A stretch of DNA of 64,000 bases from the human T2T-CHM13v2.0 reference genome, Homo sapiens, in NCBI RefSeq assembly GCF_009914755.1, contig NC_060934.1; one strand, 5' to 3'. The notes under the pieces are model-generated. The model saw nothing but the letters and a program-made list of their open reading frames with translations. It had not been told where the DNA came from and did no database searches. This document shows positions 1-17,110 of this stretch, piece by piece. Every line of letters starts with the position of its first letter. Positions within the stretch are counted from its first letter, which is position 1. The position numbers and the translations under genes are program-made.

Positions 1-8
1 CAGAAGCC

Positions 9-104
9 CTTTGGAGGGCTGAGCCATCACACTGCTGGACTGTCCAGGGCACCTATGGCCATGTTCCTCCCGTTCCAGCAGTGTGATGGCTCAGCCCTCC
101 AAAG
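9..104. repeat. Perfect 31-bp inverted repeat with a 34-nt spacer
   Basis: 9-39 CTTTGGAGGGCTGAGCCATCACACTGCTGGA is the exact reverse complement of 74-104. Confidence 0.97.
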
Positions 105-1089
105 CCTTTATCAGGTGCACAGTAGATATGCCCTGAGCTGAGGCTCAGGTCCCTTCACAGAGCTGGGCCCCAGCAGCAAGCCTTGGGCCAGCTCCAGTTG
201 GGGTTCTGTGATAAGGAGAGACCCACCCTCAGCTCTCCAGGCCCAGGCTGGCAAACTGCAGGACTTGGGGACGGCCCACGGGGTTGTTTTAGTTACGAGA
301 GCCCTGTGGGAGAGGTGAGTGAGGGCAGGTACCCTGGGAGCCTCCTGGGACACAGGAGGACCAGCATTGGATGTTACAGCCATGGCAGGGTAGGAGTTAG
401 GAGCCCTAGAGCCCAGCCAAATCAAGGCCACCTCAGCATCTGACACTGGCCACTGGAGATGGGGCACTGTTGGGAGGGGGGCTCGGCCCAGAGCTCAGGT
501 CAGGTCTCAGAGCTTTGAGCCCAGAGCCCAGACCAGAGGCCAGAGTGGGGCCACTCCATGGCTCACCACACCTCTGGGCACTCAGATGAAAAGGCAGAAG
601 GCCCACGGCCCCAGGCCAGGAGCGGACCCATGGCAGGACCTCAAGTCTCCACCTTGGACTGAGAAGGAAGAGCGCCATGGGGGACAGACAGCAAGAAGAC
701 AGCCTTCCAGGCCAGGCCAGGACCCAGTTTATAGGGGCACAGGCCACAGCAGAGCCAGACCATGGGTGGGCTGGGCCCAGAGCTCCAGGCAGCAAGGCCG
801 GTGTCTCAGCCCGGACCTGGGGGTTGCTAGCACCCAGACAGGACCCAGAGACCAAGAGGTGTCGTGTACCTTGGCAGGGTCCCAGGAGGATGGAAAACAT
901 GGTGGCCGGGACACAACAAGAACGAATGCCTGCTGAGCATACTATGTGCCGGCACCCACGCCCTCAATGGGAGAATGAGCCCCAAGGCGCTAAGCACCCC
1001 TCTCTCGGGCGCCATGGTGGACTGTTGCTCACCACAGCCTCCCTCCTGCTGGCCATACGTCCTCTCTAGATCCACCACCACAACCCCAA

Positions 1090-1195
1090 GGCAGGCCCAT
1101 TTCACAGATGTTGAGACTGAGGGTCAGAGAGGGAATGCGATCTGTTCAAGACCACACAGATAATCAATCAGATTTGGGAACTGAACCCACACCTT
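1090..1195 (-). mobile_element. MIR fragment
   Basis: MIR core CCCATTTCACAGATG..GAGACTGAGG..CAGAGAGG. Confidence 0.65.
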
Positions 1196-2097
1196 TCCAC
1201 CTGACCCCTTTCCACCAAATAGAGCAAGGTAGGCCTGCCCTATGGCCAGGTCCCGGGGAGGCAGGGGCAGGCCAGTGGGATTCTGGCCACTCTATGCACT
1301 CAGAGCAGACAAGGCCACAGTAAGATGGAAATACCGTGCCGTGACAGGCCACAGGTTCCCAGAGCCCCAGCCTATACAGATGGCTCCGAGCAGCCTCCAT
1401 ATGAGCCATGTCGTCAACACTAACCTCCTTCCCTGCTCTCTTGAGACACCCAGAATGGCTGGGGCTCAACTCCAAGCTGCACATCTCCCCCGCCCTAAGT
1501 GGGGCCAAGGCTGTGGGAACCTGCTCACACTGCCCAGCCCAGAACAGGAAGTGAGAGGAGGACAAGTCTCCACCACAGACCACTCAGGCTAGTAAGATCA
1601 CAGCCACCTCCACCTCTTCACCCAGCCACTGCCCTGTGCTCACCCTGGGCTGGGCTATTCTAGTGCATTTCCTCAACTGATCCTCTCAGCTGTCCTCTAT
1701 TCCATTTTACAGTCAGGGAAACCGAGGTTGCCCACCCAGAGTCAGAAAGCAGAGCAGGGGTGGGAGCCCCAGTCTGTGTGAGACAGCCACCACACTCCCG
1801 CCTCTTCAGCTCCTGGACACCCCACGGATGCTCCAGTGGAGGCATGGGGAAGGGCCAGGCTGAGCACAGTGGGGGACCAGGGTGGGCCAGGTGGAGATGC
1901 AGTCTCAGAGCCCAGCTGCCTCATCTAGGGTCTGTTGAGGGATGAGTGTGAGGGAAAACTGGAAAGATGGGGCCATCAGGGCCACATGTCCCACACCTGG
2001 GTGGAGGAGAAGGGGCAGCCTGGGCTCAGGACCACCCTAGTCCCCCAGCTAACACCCCCCACCTCACCCACTGGTAACCTACACTGCCTACAGCTTG

Positions 2098-2347
2098 GAC
2101 CTAGAAACGGAAGGGGCATCTCATACCCTCCAGACCACTCTGCCCACACCTCAGGCCCAGAAAGGGGAACTCTGGGTTCTCCTTTCTTCAACCGTGGCCA
2201 TCTGCCAGGAAACTGGCTGTTTACAGGCTGGGAGGAAGGGCTCAGAGAGTCTAGCTGAGTTGTTGGACACAGACCCAGCTGTCTTCCTGGGCCCAGTGCC
2301 TGTCAGAGAGGGCAGCACCCCAGAGAAAGGGGCTGTCACAGGCCAGC
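2098..2347 (+). repeat. ~250-bp local direct repeat, copy 1
   Basis: Aligns to 3626-3874; 14 substitutions in the 153-nt 3' part. Confidence 0.95.
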
Positions 2348-2924
2348 AATGGCAGAGAGATGCGTGGTCTCTGCCCCAGCCCACTGCCATTAGCAGGAGA
2401 GGGCTGCCACTTCGTGGGGCAGCAGGGGCAAGACGTGGGAGTCTATATGAGGGACAGGGCCACAGGGCTGAAGCCGTGGAAAGTGCAGACTTGCCAAAGT
2501 CCAGCTACGGGGACAGGGGGAGGTCATGGGTGCTGGTCCTGTCGGTGGCTGGGCAGAGAACCCAATCTTTACCTCATGACTAGCTCAATGGTCCTGAGAG
2601 CTGGGCTTGTCCAGGCACTAGTTTACAGAGCACAAGATTGGCAGACATGGAGAAAAGCAGAGGTGCAACCCCAGCCTAGGCTGGGGACCCAGGCTTCCTA
2701 ACTTCCCAGCACATGGAAGGGCTGCCCAGAGGTCTGCAGAGGAGGGACAAGTCGCTGAGTACACAGTGGGGTATCAATGGGAGCCACAGATTCTGCCCAA
2801 CTAGCATCCCGTACCCAAAACTGTTTTTTGCTTTTTGTTTGTTGCTGTTATTTTAATGAAACGCCAAGGAAATAGGAGGGCTGTTTAGCCATGAATGGTA
2901 AAGAGGCAATTCTGTTGCTCACCA

Positions 2925-3252
2925 GTTGTTTCCAGTTCTCTCTGCTTCCAGGCACATAGTAGGGCTGTGCTTCCTGGATCCCTTGTGACTGGCTGTGGCC
3001 ACATGGCTGGTTGTGGCCAACGAGTCATAAGCAGAAGTGATGTGAGCACATCCAGGCTGAGCCCCCCAGAGCTCTCTTTCCCTCTGGCACAGCAACTGGC
3101 AACAACCAAGTGAAGTGACCATGAGGGACCAAGCTCCCCACTGACCGGCAATGGACACACAGCAGGAGGAGGAAATACTGTGTCATGAAAGCTGCTGGGA
3201 GTTTTGGATTGTTTGTTACTGCAGCATAACTTAGTCTCCCCTGACTCATACA
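2925..3252 (+). mobile_element. MLT1 (MLT1J-like) MaLR solo LTR
   Basis: Typical internal GCAGAAGTGATGTG and terminus TTGTTACTGCAGCATAAC...CTGACTCATACA. Confidence 0.7.
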
Positions 3253-3625
3253 ACGGGAAACACAGAACAAAACCAAAGGGTGGAGACCCACAGGCACAGC
3301 CATGGGTAACCAAGTGTAAAAAGAATCACATCCAGGGATGGAATGGGTTAGAAATTATCTGGGAAGAGGCAGGGCAGAAGGGATGCTCTGAGTTGTTAGG
3401 CGACAGCATTTCCTGGGCAGTAGAAGGCTCAGTGAAGAGGGAAGACAGCTGCTATGAGGACAAAGCTAGAGGATTTCAACCTCGCAGCTACAAGAATTGG
3501 GAAAGAGAGTCTGTCTGCCATTACAAGAGGTGACTGTGAGTGCTGAGGGACAGCCTTAGCTGGCCCCCAAGAGAAACCTGGAGAAATGGCTCCAGGAGGA
3601 AAATTGTCAAAGTACTCATGTCCTA

Positions 3626-3874
3626 GACCTAGAAACAAAAGGGGCCACCTCATCCCCTCCAGTCCACCCTGCCCACACCTCAGGTCCAGAAGGGGAACTC
3701 TGGGTTCTTCTTTCTCAACCATGGCCATTGGCCAGGAAACTGGCTGTTTCCAGGCTGGGAGGGAGGGCTCAGAGAGCCTAGCTGAGATGTTGGACACAGA
3801 CCCAGCTGCCTTCCTGGGCCCAATGCCTGTCAGAAAGGACAGTATCCCAGAGGAAGGGGCTGTCACAGGCCAGC
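3626..3874 (+). repeat. ~250-bp local direct repeat, copy 2
   Basis: Aligns to 2098-2347 from GACCTAGAAAC to GGGGCTGTCACAGGCCAGC. Confidence 0.95.
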
Positions 3875-4084
3875 CCAGGACTAGGAACAGCAGCAGCTCA
3901 GAGGCAGTATGACCCGTGGCCTCTCCCACACGCCTGGCATAAGGTATCCATCTGCTCACTGCCAGTTAAGTCCAACCTCCCAATCTAGAGGGCTAAGCCA
4001 TGGCAATAAGGAATGAAGGGAGCCTCTTGAACCCAAAATTTGAGGAAGTGGGTGGTGCTGGAGTGTAGTCTATAAAATGAGAAA

Positions 4085-4200
4085 GTGTGTGTGCCCTCAT
4101 GCATATGTGCACGTGTGTGTGCTCTTGAGTACAGGTGGATGTGTGTGTGCCTGAGTATATGCATGCATGTGTGTGTGTGTTGCACATGCCTGTGTGTGCA
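4085..4200. repeat. Degenerate (TG/CA)n purine-pyrimidine tract
   Basis: Interrupted GTGTGTGT/GCATGCAT alternation. Confidence 0.8.
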
Positions 4201-4879
4201 CCTGCACAGGAGTGACTCCAGAATGAAGGAGAACCCTGACACCTGTGAGTTCAGCACCCTGACACCGTGAGTTCAGCACGGGCTTGTGGGGAATCCAGAG
4301 AGGGGACCCAGGGCCTAACTCCAGACTATCAATGCCTGCAGCCTCATCCACAGCTGTTATCACTGGCAGTAGCCCTTGAGGGGACCAGGAACAGCAGCTC
4401 TCTGTGGGACCCCGGGCGGCAAAGCAAGATTGACTTCAACGAGGGCCGTCCCTTGGGGTGTAGGTAGGCATGGGCCTAGACGGTGAGGTTCTGAAGAACA
4501 ACCTGCTCAGGCAGAAAAGAGGCCCTGGGTCCAAGCGGCAGCACCAACTTACAGTCTGACTATTCGAACAGCAGTTTCCTCCAGGAACTTCCTTATGCAC
4601 AAGCAGCAGCCAAGCCCAGGAAAAGAAGCTGACATGTCATTGGAGAACACAGGCAAGTCTGTGGAGGCTCCACAGGCTTACAGTGTGATGCTTCCAGGGT
4701 GAGCTTTGTAGAAACAGAAAGGAAACATAGCCATCCATCCCAAGTGACTATAGCAGGCCCAGCGAACAAAAGAGGATGCCCCGCAGTAAGCAAGAGTGCA
4801 GTCAAGCATGCAAAAGATTATCAGGGTGGAAGGAAAGTGGAGGTGGACAATGCATATTGGGCACAGACAGGTGTGCCAA

Positions 4880-5696
<817 letters not shown>

Positions 5697-7194
5697 GCTG
5701 AGAGGATGGGAATAAGGGGTCTACAGGCATCTTTAGGAAGACACGGACATCACACTCAGAGAGCCTCTGATGGTGTCTGGTGAGGCTGCCGGGAGGACTG
5801 CAAGAGCGTGGCCTCGATGGGACCTACAATTCTCTATAATTCTGAATGGAGCCAACGAAGATGCCGGAAGCCATCAGAGCTAGGGATGGGGAGCCTCTAG
5901 CAGAATGTCTAGATACCAGTGTGGCCAGTGAGGGGCAGGGTGACCACCTAGGAGGTAACGGATATAAACTGAGCAAGGCCTCCAGATGGGCACCAACAAG
6001 CTCTCTGTGTTTCATTTTTATTTTATTTCATTGTTTCATTCTGTGAACCACAAGCTATTCTTGGTAATTTTTATGTCTTCCTAGAATCCTTTTGTGCTTA
6101 TGATAACTAAAAGGAATATTGCCTCACTTGCATGCATTCCTTTTTTCTGCCTCTTTCCTAAACTGTTATCCTTCCACACTGCGACAGGTATATCTACAGC
6201 ATATCTAATAACTCTCGTCTTTTACTCACAGTAAAAAGTAATGCTGGGAAATGAGAAGACTCGTGCTCAGCCAGTTCTTTTATATAAATTATATGCATTT
6301 ATATAAACTCCTACTTGAGCAAGCACTTTACAACAATCTGAAATTTTTTTATTTAACAAATTAGGATCTCTTTTAGTACCTAGAAGACAAATTTTCACAC
6401 TATTTGTTAATATGGACTTTGCCAGCTAAATCTAAGATGCAACATTTTAGAGATTTAAATGTCCTTTCTGTGTTATTTGCTAACTTTCAATCCTTATCAA
6501 ATGGATATTTTATTGTGTGATCCATTGTTTTCCATACATTGACCAAATGTCCTAAAAGGCAGTGCTTGTAAGGAGCTTGTTAAAAGTCATCCTGAAGAAA
6601 TTGTAAGTATAAATCTTAGGACCAACATATCCAGGCCGAGTTTCTTGTTTTGTTCAGGAATATTTGATTCTGCATATCTCAGCATAAATAGTTCCCTTTT
6701 ATAAAAAAAAAAGTTTTGAATATTGAGAAATGTATGCAGTTACTAGAAGTAATGTTTACAAATAGTTCATAGTGATTTCAGAAAAGGCCAATGATGTTAA
6801 ATAGGAAAAAATAACAGGATATAAAACTGAACAGAATGGGAGCTCTCAAAATGTATAAAATACAGTGGTGGGGGGAAGACTGGAAGGAAATAACACTAGT
6901 GCAATTCAGAGTGATTTTGTTCTGCCTCTTGACACTTTCCTGTACCTTCCACATTTTATATAATAAGCACACATTGCCCTTTTTCTTTTTTATATTTTTA
7001 TATTAATACATGCTCATTGCAGCAATGCATTTCTTTTATAATCAGGGAAAAAAGTAAGAGCTAAAAATGAAAAGGTCAGTTTAGGTCCTCTCTCAAGGAA
7101 TTCACTAGCTTAAAAAAATAATGTAGCTGAAAATATCAACGGCCTCAAGAGAAGCTGAGATGGATTCACAGTTGGGTCAAGGAACGGAAAGGGA

Positions 7195-7400
7195 ATTACT
7201 GTTTACAGAACACCCACCGCAGGCCTTATGTAGATGATTTACACATGTCTCATCTCATTTAATCCTCACAATCCCATGAGGCAAATCCTATGATTATTCC
7301 CTTTGAACAGATCTGGAAACAGAAGCTCAGAGCAGAGCTCCAGGGTCACACCACGAGTGAAGACAAGCAAGATGGGAACTGAAACTCTTTAAGCTCCACC
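7195..7400 (-). mobile_element. MIR fragment
   Basis: CTCATTTAATCCTCACAA...ATTATTCCCTTT..ACAGAT..GGAAACAGAAGCTCAGAG. Confidence 0.7.
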
Positions 7401-9699
7401 AAGCTCTTATCACTGCATGGCACTGCCTCTCAGACCAAAACAGCGACAGCACCACTCCACTGAGAGGTCACTGTGGGCTTGTCCAGTCAATGATGGAGAT
7501 CAAGCCCCCATCTGCCTTTGCTCTCCATCCCTGACCACTCCGCTACTAAAAGTCTTTTTCTTTCCTACTCAACCTGTATCGACAACCCATGTCCTGCTGC
7601 AATGGATGTCCAGGCCCAGCAGTGAGATATAAGGCATTCATCAAGCAGGGATCAAGCCCAGTGATGGAAAAGCACCCCACAGAGTACATCCAAGGAAGGA
7701 CATCCAGAGAGCTGAGCACCTGCAGCAGAGCCCCAGGCAAGGGAAAAGGAGGCTGCTGAGCACTGCTCTGCCCCTCACAGAGGCCTTCCAGGGCAGGCTC
7801 CTCCCATCCCTTGTAGGCATCCAAGGGCTATGCAAGGTCACAAGATAACAATGGATTTCAGTCCACCAGACTCATAAAATGAAAGTACATGCCAGCTTTC
7901 ACCAGCACAAACTCTCTGGGCAGCAGGCAGCCCACCAACAATACCTGGCCAGTGTCTCTCTCCCTAGACAACTGTCAACCAAGAATCTAACTCCCTAGTT
8001 CCAGACATGCAGAAACACTCACTCTCACACCCCACAGAGACTGTGTCAGTCTGCCATCCTTGGAGCCTGACACATTTTTCCAGCTATACAAACAGAGAAA
8101 CCAAGACCCAGAAAAGGCCCCTGGGTGGAACCTTTGTCCCCAGGACAAAGTTGCTTTGGGGCGCTTACAGGTTGAATCACCCATAGCTATGTTTTGTTTG
8201 GCTTGTACTGTGTTGTTTACATTATTTTATTAGTTGGCAATAGCTTTAAATCAAAATTTACATTAAGGTCCAGATTTGGGGCTCCTCTTAAAAAAATAAA
8301 TCAGCACATCTACAACAGTAGGATTTTCACGCCCAATGGCAAAATCTGTTAAAGCTGTGTGACAGCTTCTCCTTTTAATGGAGATGACCTCTTCAGACCC
8401 TGTACTCCAGGTGCCACAGGAACCAGCTGCCCGGTTCATCCTTGTGTGTTACCTGCATGAGGTGGCAACCTTGTGCAAGAGCATCATGTTTAGTCCCTGG
8501 GGAACTGCTGATGGGAGCGGACGGGCATCATTCAGAGGCAAAATGAATGAGCTTGGATACTCAACACTGCAGAGGGGAGCCAACAGAGGTGTGTCACCAG
8601 ACATGGAACACAGGCAGGGTCCCCACCACACTGTGAGCTCCTGGGTCCAGGAAATATGTGCTTCCAAACTGTGGCTTCAGCTCCCAAGCACAAAGAATGA
8701 ATGTCAACAGAGATGGGGTTTGTGGAACCAGTGTCAAGGGAACAGGTGGCACTGTGAAAGTTGTAGCTTATCACCCCAGGTCCCCACCCCATTTAGGGTT
8801 CCTTCCGCTAAGAAGGCCCTGCCCTCCCCTGGCTGGAGCCCACCCCAAGCACCTGCAAGGAGCTGTGATAAGGGCACACTGAAAAGAAGTCCAGAGGCAG
8901 GGGGTGTCTGGAGATAGAGACTGCTGGTGGGACACGACCAGACACCAAAGAAGGGCAGGAATTCCTCTTCCCTGTACCTCAACAGACATCTGACAATGGA
9001 CATCTGTCACAGCTGGAAGCAGCAGCTCCCATAATAGGCAGTGTTAGCCTCACCCCCCCTAAAAGAAAACACTTGGGACTCCCGGTTTGTAAAACCACCT
9101 CAAGAAATCCTTGGACCTTCAGTCCCCAGAAGTAGTCCCCGGTCCCTGCCCCCAGAGCTGGCCCCTTTCCTTCCTCTGCTGCACCCAAGAATAGGAGACC
9201 CCCAGAATTCCTCCTTCCAACACAACGACCTCCCCAACACCAGCTCTGACCCCCCAGACCCAGGCCAGAGCCATCATCGAGGCATCCTGTCCTTGCAGGC
9301 ACCGGGGAGACTAGCAACCCATGTGTACCAAAGCAGCAGGAGGACTCTCGGCTCAACGGGCTTGAGGAGAAAACACCAGCCAGGAGCTCTTAGCCAGCCC
9401 ACCTCCCACTACACCCACTGCCCCCTCTACACTTCTCTACCAGTTCCTCCAGCAAGGAATCCCTGCATCCTGCGCCACTAACTTGCCTCAGCACTGAGGG
9501 GCGCTGGCCCCAGAGTCCCCATGGTTGCGGGGAGCAAGGCAGAGGGAAGGAGAAGGGACTTAAGCCGGGTAAGTGTCAGAGGCGGAGCCTTAGGCCTTAA
9601 CCAGGAATCTGGAGGCTTGGAGAAGGAACCAGGGTTCCCGAGCTGAAAGGTTGAAGGGGAGGGACTAGCAGAGAGGAGGGAAAGCAGAGGGGGTTGCTG

Positions 9700-13328
<3,629 letters not shown>

Positions 13329-14944
13329 GCGGAGGACGCCCCCTCCCCTCCCCCTCCCCCTCAGCTCCGCTCCCCCTCCCCTCCCTGCCCGCCTCCCTCC
13401 CCTCCGCCCGCCTCTCTACCACGTGACTGCGGAGCCTCAGCCTCGCCGCGCGGCTCTCGCCCGCTCGCGGCTCGGAGGGGGCGCCGGGTGCTCCACGCTC
13501 CCGGCTCGGGGGACGCTCGGAGACCGGCACAGCGGCGGGGACCGGCCTGGGCTGCGGCGCGCCGAGCTCTGACGGTTCGGGCCTCCTTCTCCGGTTCGCC
13601 AGGGGCGGGAGAATGGAGGAGGGCCGGCCGCTAACTGCCCTCGAGGGGCTCCCGAAGCGCCCTGGCGACCTCAGCAGCCGCGCGTCTCGGGTCATGTCCC
13701 CGGCCGAAACAGACCGTTCCTCGTGGAGTGGGACCTGGGGAGCAAGAAGAGAGACCGGGGCGGGGCGCCGGGCCAGGCCCCAGGACAGCTGGGGAGCCAG
13801 AGGGGGCCGGCCGCCGCAAGCATCTCAGAGTAGAGCCCGGGCCGTGGGCTCGAACCCTGGCTGGCCGCGCGGACCTCGGCGGGCGCCCATCCCCCGCTCC
13901 ATGGGCAGCGCGCTCAGCCGGGAGTCGGGCAAGAGGCTCGGACTCTGAAGCCCAATTCATGGCCGGAAACCAGCGCAGCCGTGACCGCGGCGCCTGGACG
14001 TGAGGAGCCTTCCAAGCGGCCGGCGGGCTCAGACTCCGACCCTGCACGGAGCTTTCATGTGCGAGCCCGGGCGAAGAGCCCGCTCCTCGCGGCCACAGCG
14101 GAACAGGGCTCCCTCCGCCTCCGGTGCCTGCCTCGGGCCGGCCACCACCAAAGAGAGCGTTAAGCTGTTGTGGGCTCGTGCCTGAAAGGGACTGGGCTCC
14201 ATGTGGCACCCCCAAGATTTCGAGGAGACAGCTGAGCTTCCTGGGGTCTGGGACCTGGCAGAGCCTCGTTCAAAAGCTGCTCCTCCAGCAAGCCTGGGAA
14301 CGTCCCCGGGCCCTGTTGTCCGCGGAGGGGCCCCAGGACTCCCGCCACGCACCAGGGGGAGAGGCTCCCACCACAGCCCTTGCCCAGAGCTCCCAGCGCA
14401 GTGGGCGAGGCAGACACCCAACCAAGTCATCTTTTAAATGTTGGGGGGGGCTATGAATGAGCTGTGTATGCTCAGATGCCTGGGCTCTGAACCAGCCTGG
14501 GAAGAAGAGCAGGGATGACTTCCTGGAGGAGATGACAGTTGTAAAGACTGAGTGGAGGTTCCCAAGGGAGAAAATAAGGCTTCCAGGCATTGAATAGTGG
14601 TGAGCCAAGGCAAAAAGAAAGAAGTGTGTGTCTGTATGTCTGTCTGTCTCTCATGTGGCCAGAGCCAAAGAGTAAGCATTGGTAGATTTCACTTTGGAAA
14701 GAAAGATTGGAGAGGATGGGCTGTGCAGAGGGGGCCAGTGGAGGCCCATAGCACTGTGAGGGAACCCTGGCTGGGCCAGCTCAGCTGGGCAGGGACAGCC
14801 TGTTGGAGCGGAGAAGCTGGATTGCAGAAGTATCAAGGAATCCCATGAGCCAGCAAGGTGACTTCTAGGTTAAGGAGGCCAGGGGGCAAGAAGAGAGGAG
14901 TGGTCATATGTCATACTTGCCCATGGGAGTGGCTGAATGTGGTC

Positions 14945-14946
<2 letters not shown>

Positions 14947-14988
<42 letters not shown>
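14947..14988. repeat. (AC)21 microsatellite
   Basis: Pure dinucleotide run ~2 kb upstream of the GRID1 ATG. Confidence 0.97.
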
Positions 14989-14990
<2 letters not shown>

Positions 14991-17110
14991 CTTCCAAAAA
15001 CCTGTCTTAGGGTCCTTGAGTAGTGAAACCTGACCCACCCCGCATCTCAAAACCCTCTACACCTCTAATTCTTATTCCTGCAAAATTCTACCATTCACTG
15101 GCTGAAATGCTGTAGGGAGAAGAGAAATAAATGATGAGTTTTATTATACATCAGTTTGGTTCCTACGGGGACTGTCTCCACCTTGAAAGGATGGTGGGTG
15201 TGGTCTTGACCTGAAGTCCCTGTGGGTCAGGGACTCTCCCCGGGCCTCCTGTTGTTGGGGGTTCTCCAGTGTGTTAGTACAGTGGGCATGTGATATACCC
15301 AGTTAGAAGTTTTTCTTTGATGTATGTTTTGCTAGGTGTAGGTAGCATGATTTCAGTGGGATAAGTATTAAGACCTCCTTCCAAGTATTAAGAAGACAAC
15401 CCACCAACACATAGTTGTGGAATGATTTCCATCAAGTTCCAGTTTGGATGATGAGGTGGGTGATGAGGTTCCTGTGGCTTGGCATCTGAGGATCATGACT
15501 CAAGGTGGATCTCATCTGGAAGTTGTTGACCTGGGGCAACCTCACCTTCTGTCCTGGGTGCCTCCTTCCTCTCCAGCTTCCAGGGCGTGTGGTAGTCTGC
15601 CATCCCCATATGCTCATTCCCAGATCCTCACCCTGGGACAGTCCACTCAGCCAAGCCAGTTTTCCTATCCAGGCTAGAATCCCCTGGACACTGTAGGCAG
15701 CGTGGTGACTGTAGGCACTTGCTCAGCTCCTGTTCCTCACAGAGCTGGAAGGCAGGCCCAGAGACCACTGGGGACCTATACAGACTCACCTTGAGGCAAA
15801 ATGTGTTTAATCCTCTGCCACCTAAAGTTGGAGTTGCCAGGTTCCAGGGGCATTGGATGTTATTGGTCAGTTGCTCAGACTCATCAAGCCCTTAACAGTT
15901 TATTGCTCCTGGCCCAGCTATTCTTGGCCCAACACCCTTATCCCTGATAGCCTCTGGGGCTGCAAATGCTGCCTCTCCAAACCAGGGGAAGCAACTCTAC
16001 CCAATGAACAAGTTCACCCCTAATGCAAGAATCTAGCTGGAGAAGATAGATTAGAAATCTCTGGGTCATATGACACACATCCACTTCAGAGAGAGAAAAA
16101 CTGAGGCCCAGAGAAAGGCATCAGGTGAGTTGCTGGCAGGCCCAAGGCTCAGTCCTCTTGGTTTGCTCCTCACTACACAAAGGTGTATTCACAGAAATTA
16201 AAACTGAGTCAGTAAATCTTTCTTTTACACAAGCTCAGCCAGCACAGGTGACTGCTTTTTCTAAAGAGTTCTTCAGTTTTACTGATTCTAATTACTTTTC
16301 TTTAGCACTTACCACATGCAGGCACTGTGCTCACCACCTGACATCTTACCGAGGAGATGGTCATCCCATTTTACACACAAGGAAATTGAAGGAGGGTGCA
16401 AAAAGATAAAACTGGGCTCATCAGGAATCTCAACTGAAACAACACTGGACGCTAGTAGTTGGCCACAGAAGCTGTAGATGAAATGTCAAGGCAGAGAGAG
16501 GCCTCAGTGGTCTACTTGGAAGCTACAATCATTGTGACTTAAAGCTTTGTCATTCCAGAAATGCAGACCTTTCCTTTCTCCATTGCCTTCTTTCTCACCC
16601 CATCCAAAAGCTGGACTAAGGAAAAGCCAGCTGGAGTCCTGGCCCTCCAAGTGACCTGCCTCCTGGGCACAATCCTGAGGAGCTGCCTGCCTGATGTGGA
16701 ACCACCAGTGCCCAACCCCTGCAGAAGTGCCCCTCCTGAACCATGCGTCTCCAGGGAGGGCCCAAAAACTCTATCTTCCTCATTCCCTCCTCAGCACAGA
16801 GCCCACCAGTGATATGGAAGACAATTCGGCCCAGGCCCTGCCTGCAAAGAAAGATCAAGTCCAAGCCTGGGGAATTCTCTGCAGGCTTTGGCATGGAACC
16901 CAGCTGTCCCGTGTACACAGGGTGGAGGCCAACCCAGGTCTTAAGGTCAAGCCCCCAGGGAAGAGTCTGTAGGCATCTGGGAAGGGGTCTTGCTGCCAGC
17001 CTCATCCGTCACTACAGGCTCCAGGGAACCCACTTTCTGCCAAGATCCAAGCTCAGAAAATCTCACTGCTGCCTTCCTCTCTTAACCCATTGGGTTTTTC
17101 CTGTTTTCAA

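Noticed and set aside
2095-3959. Paralogous-looking peptides in the duplicated segments (..QETGC.QAGR.GSESLAE.LDTDPA..)
   Set aside because: Of 14 differences between the copies in that frame, 11 are non-synonymous and 3 synonymous, as expected for neutral non-coding DNA.
9490-9508. CTCF-like CACTGAGGGGCGC (similar partial matches near 14350, 19465, 47800 and 49270)
   Set aside because: Mismatches at high-information core positions.
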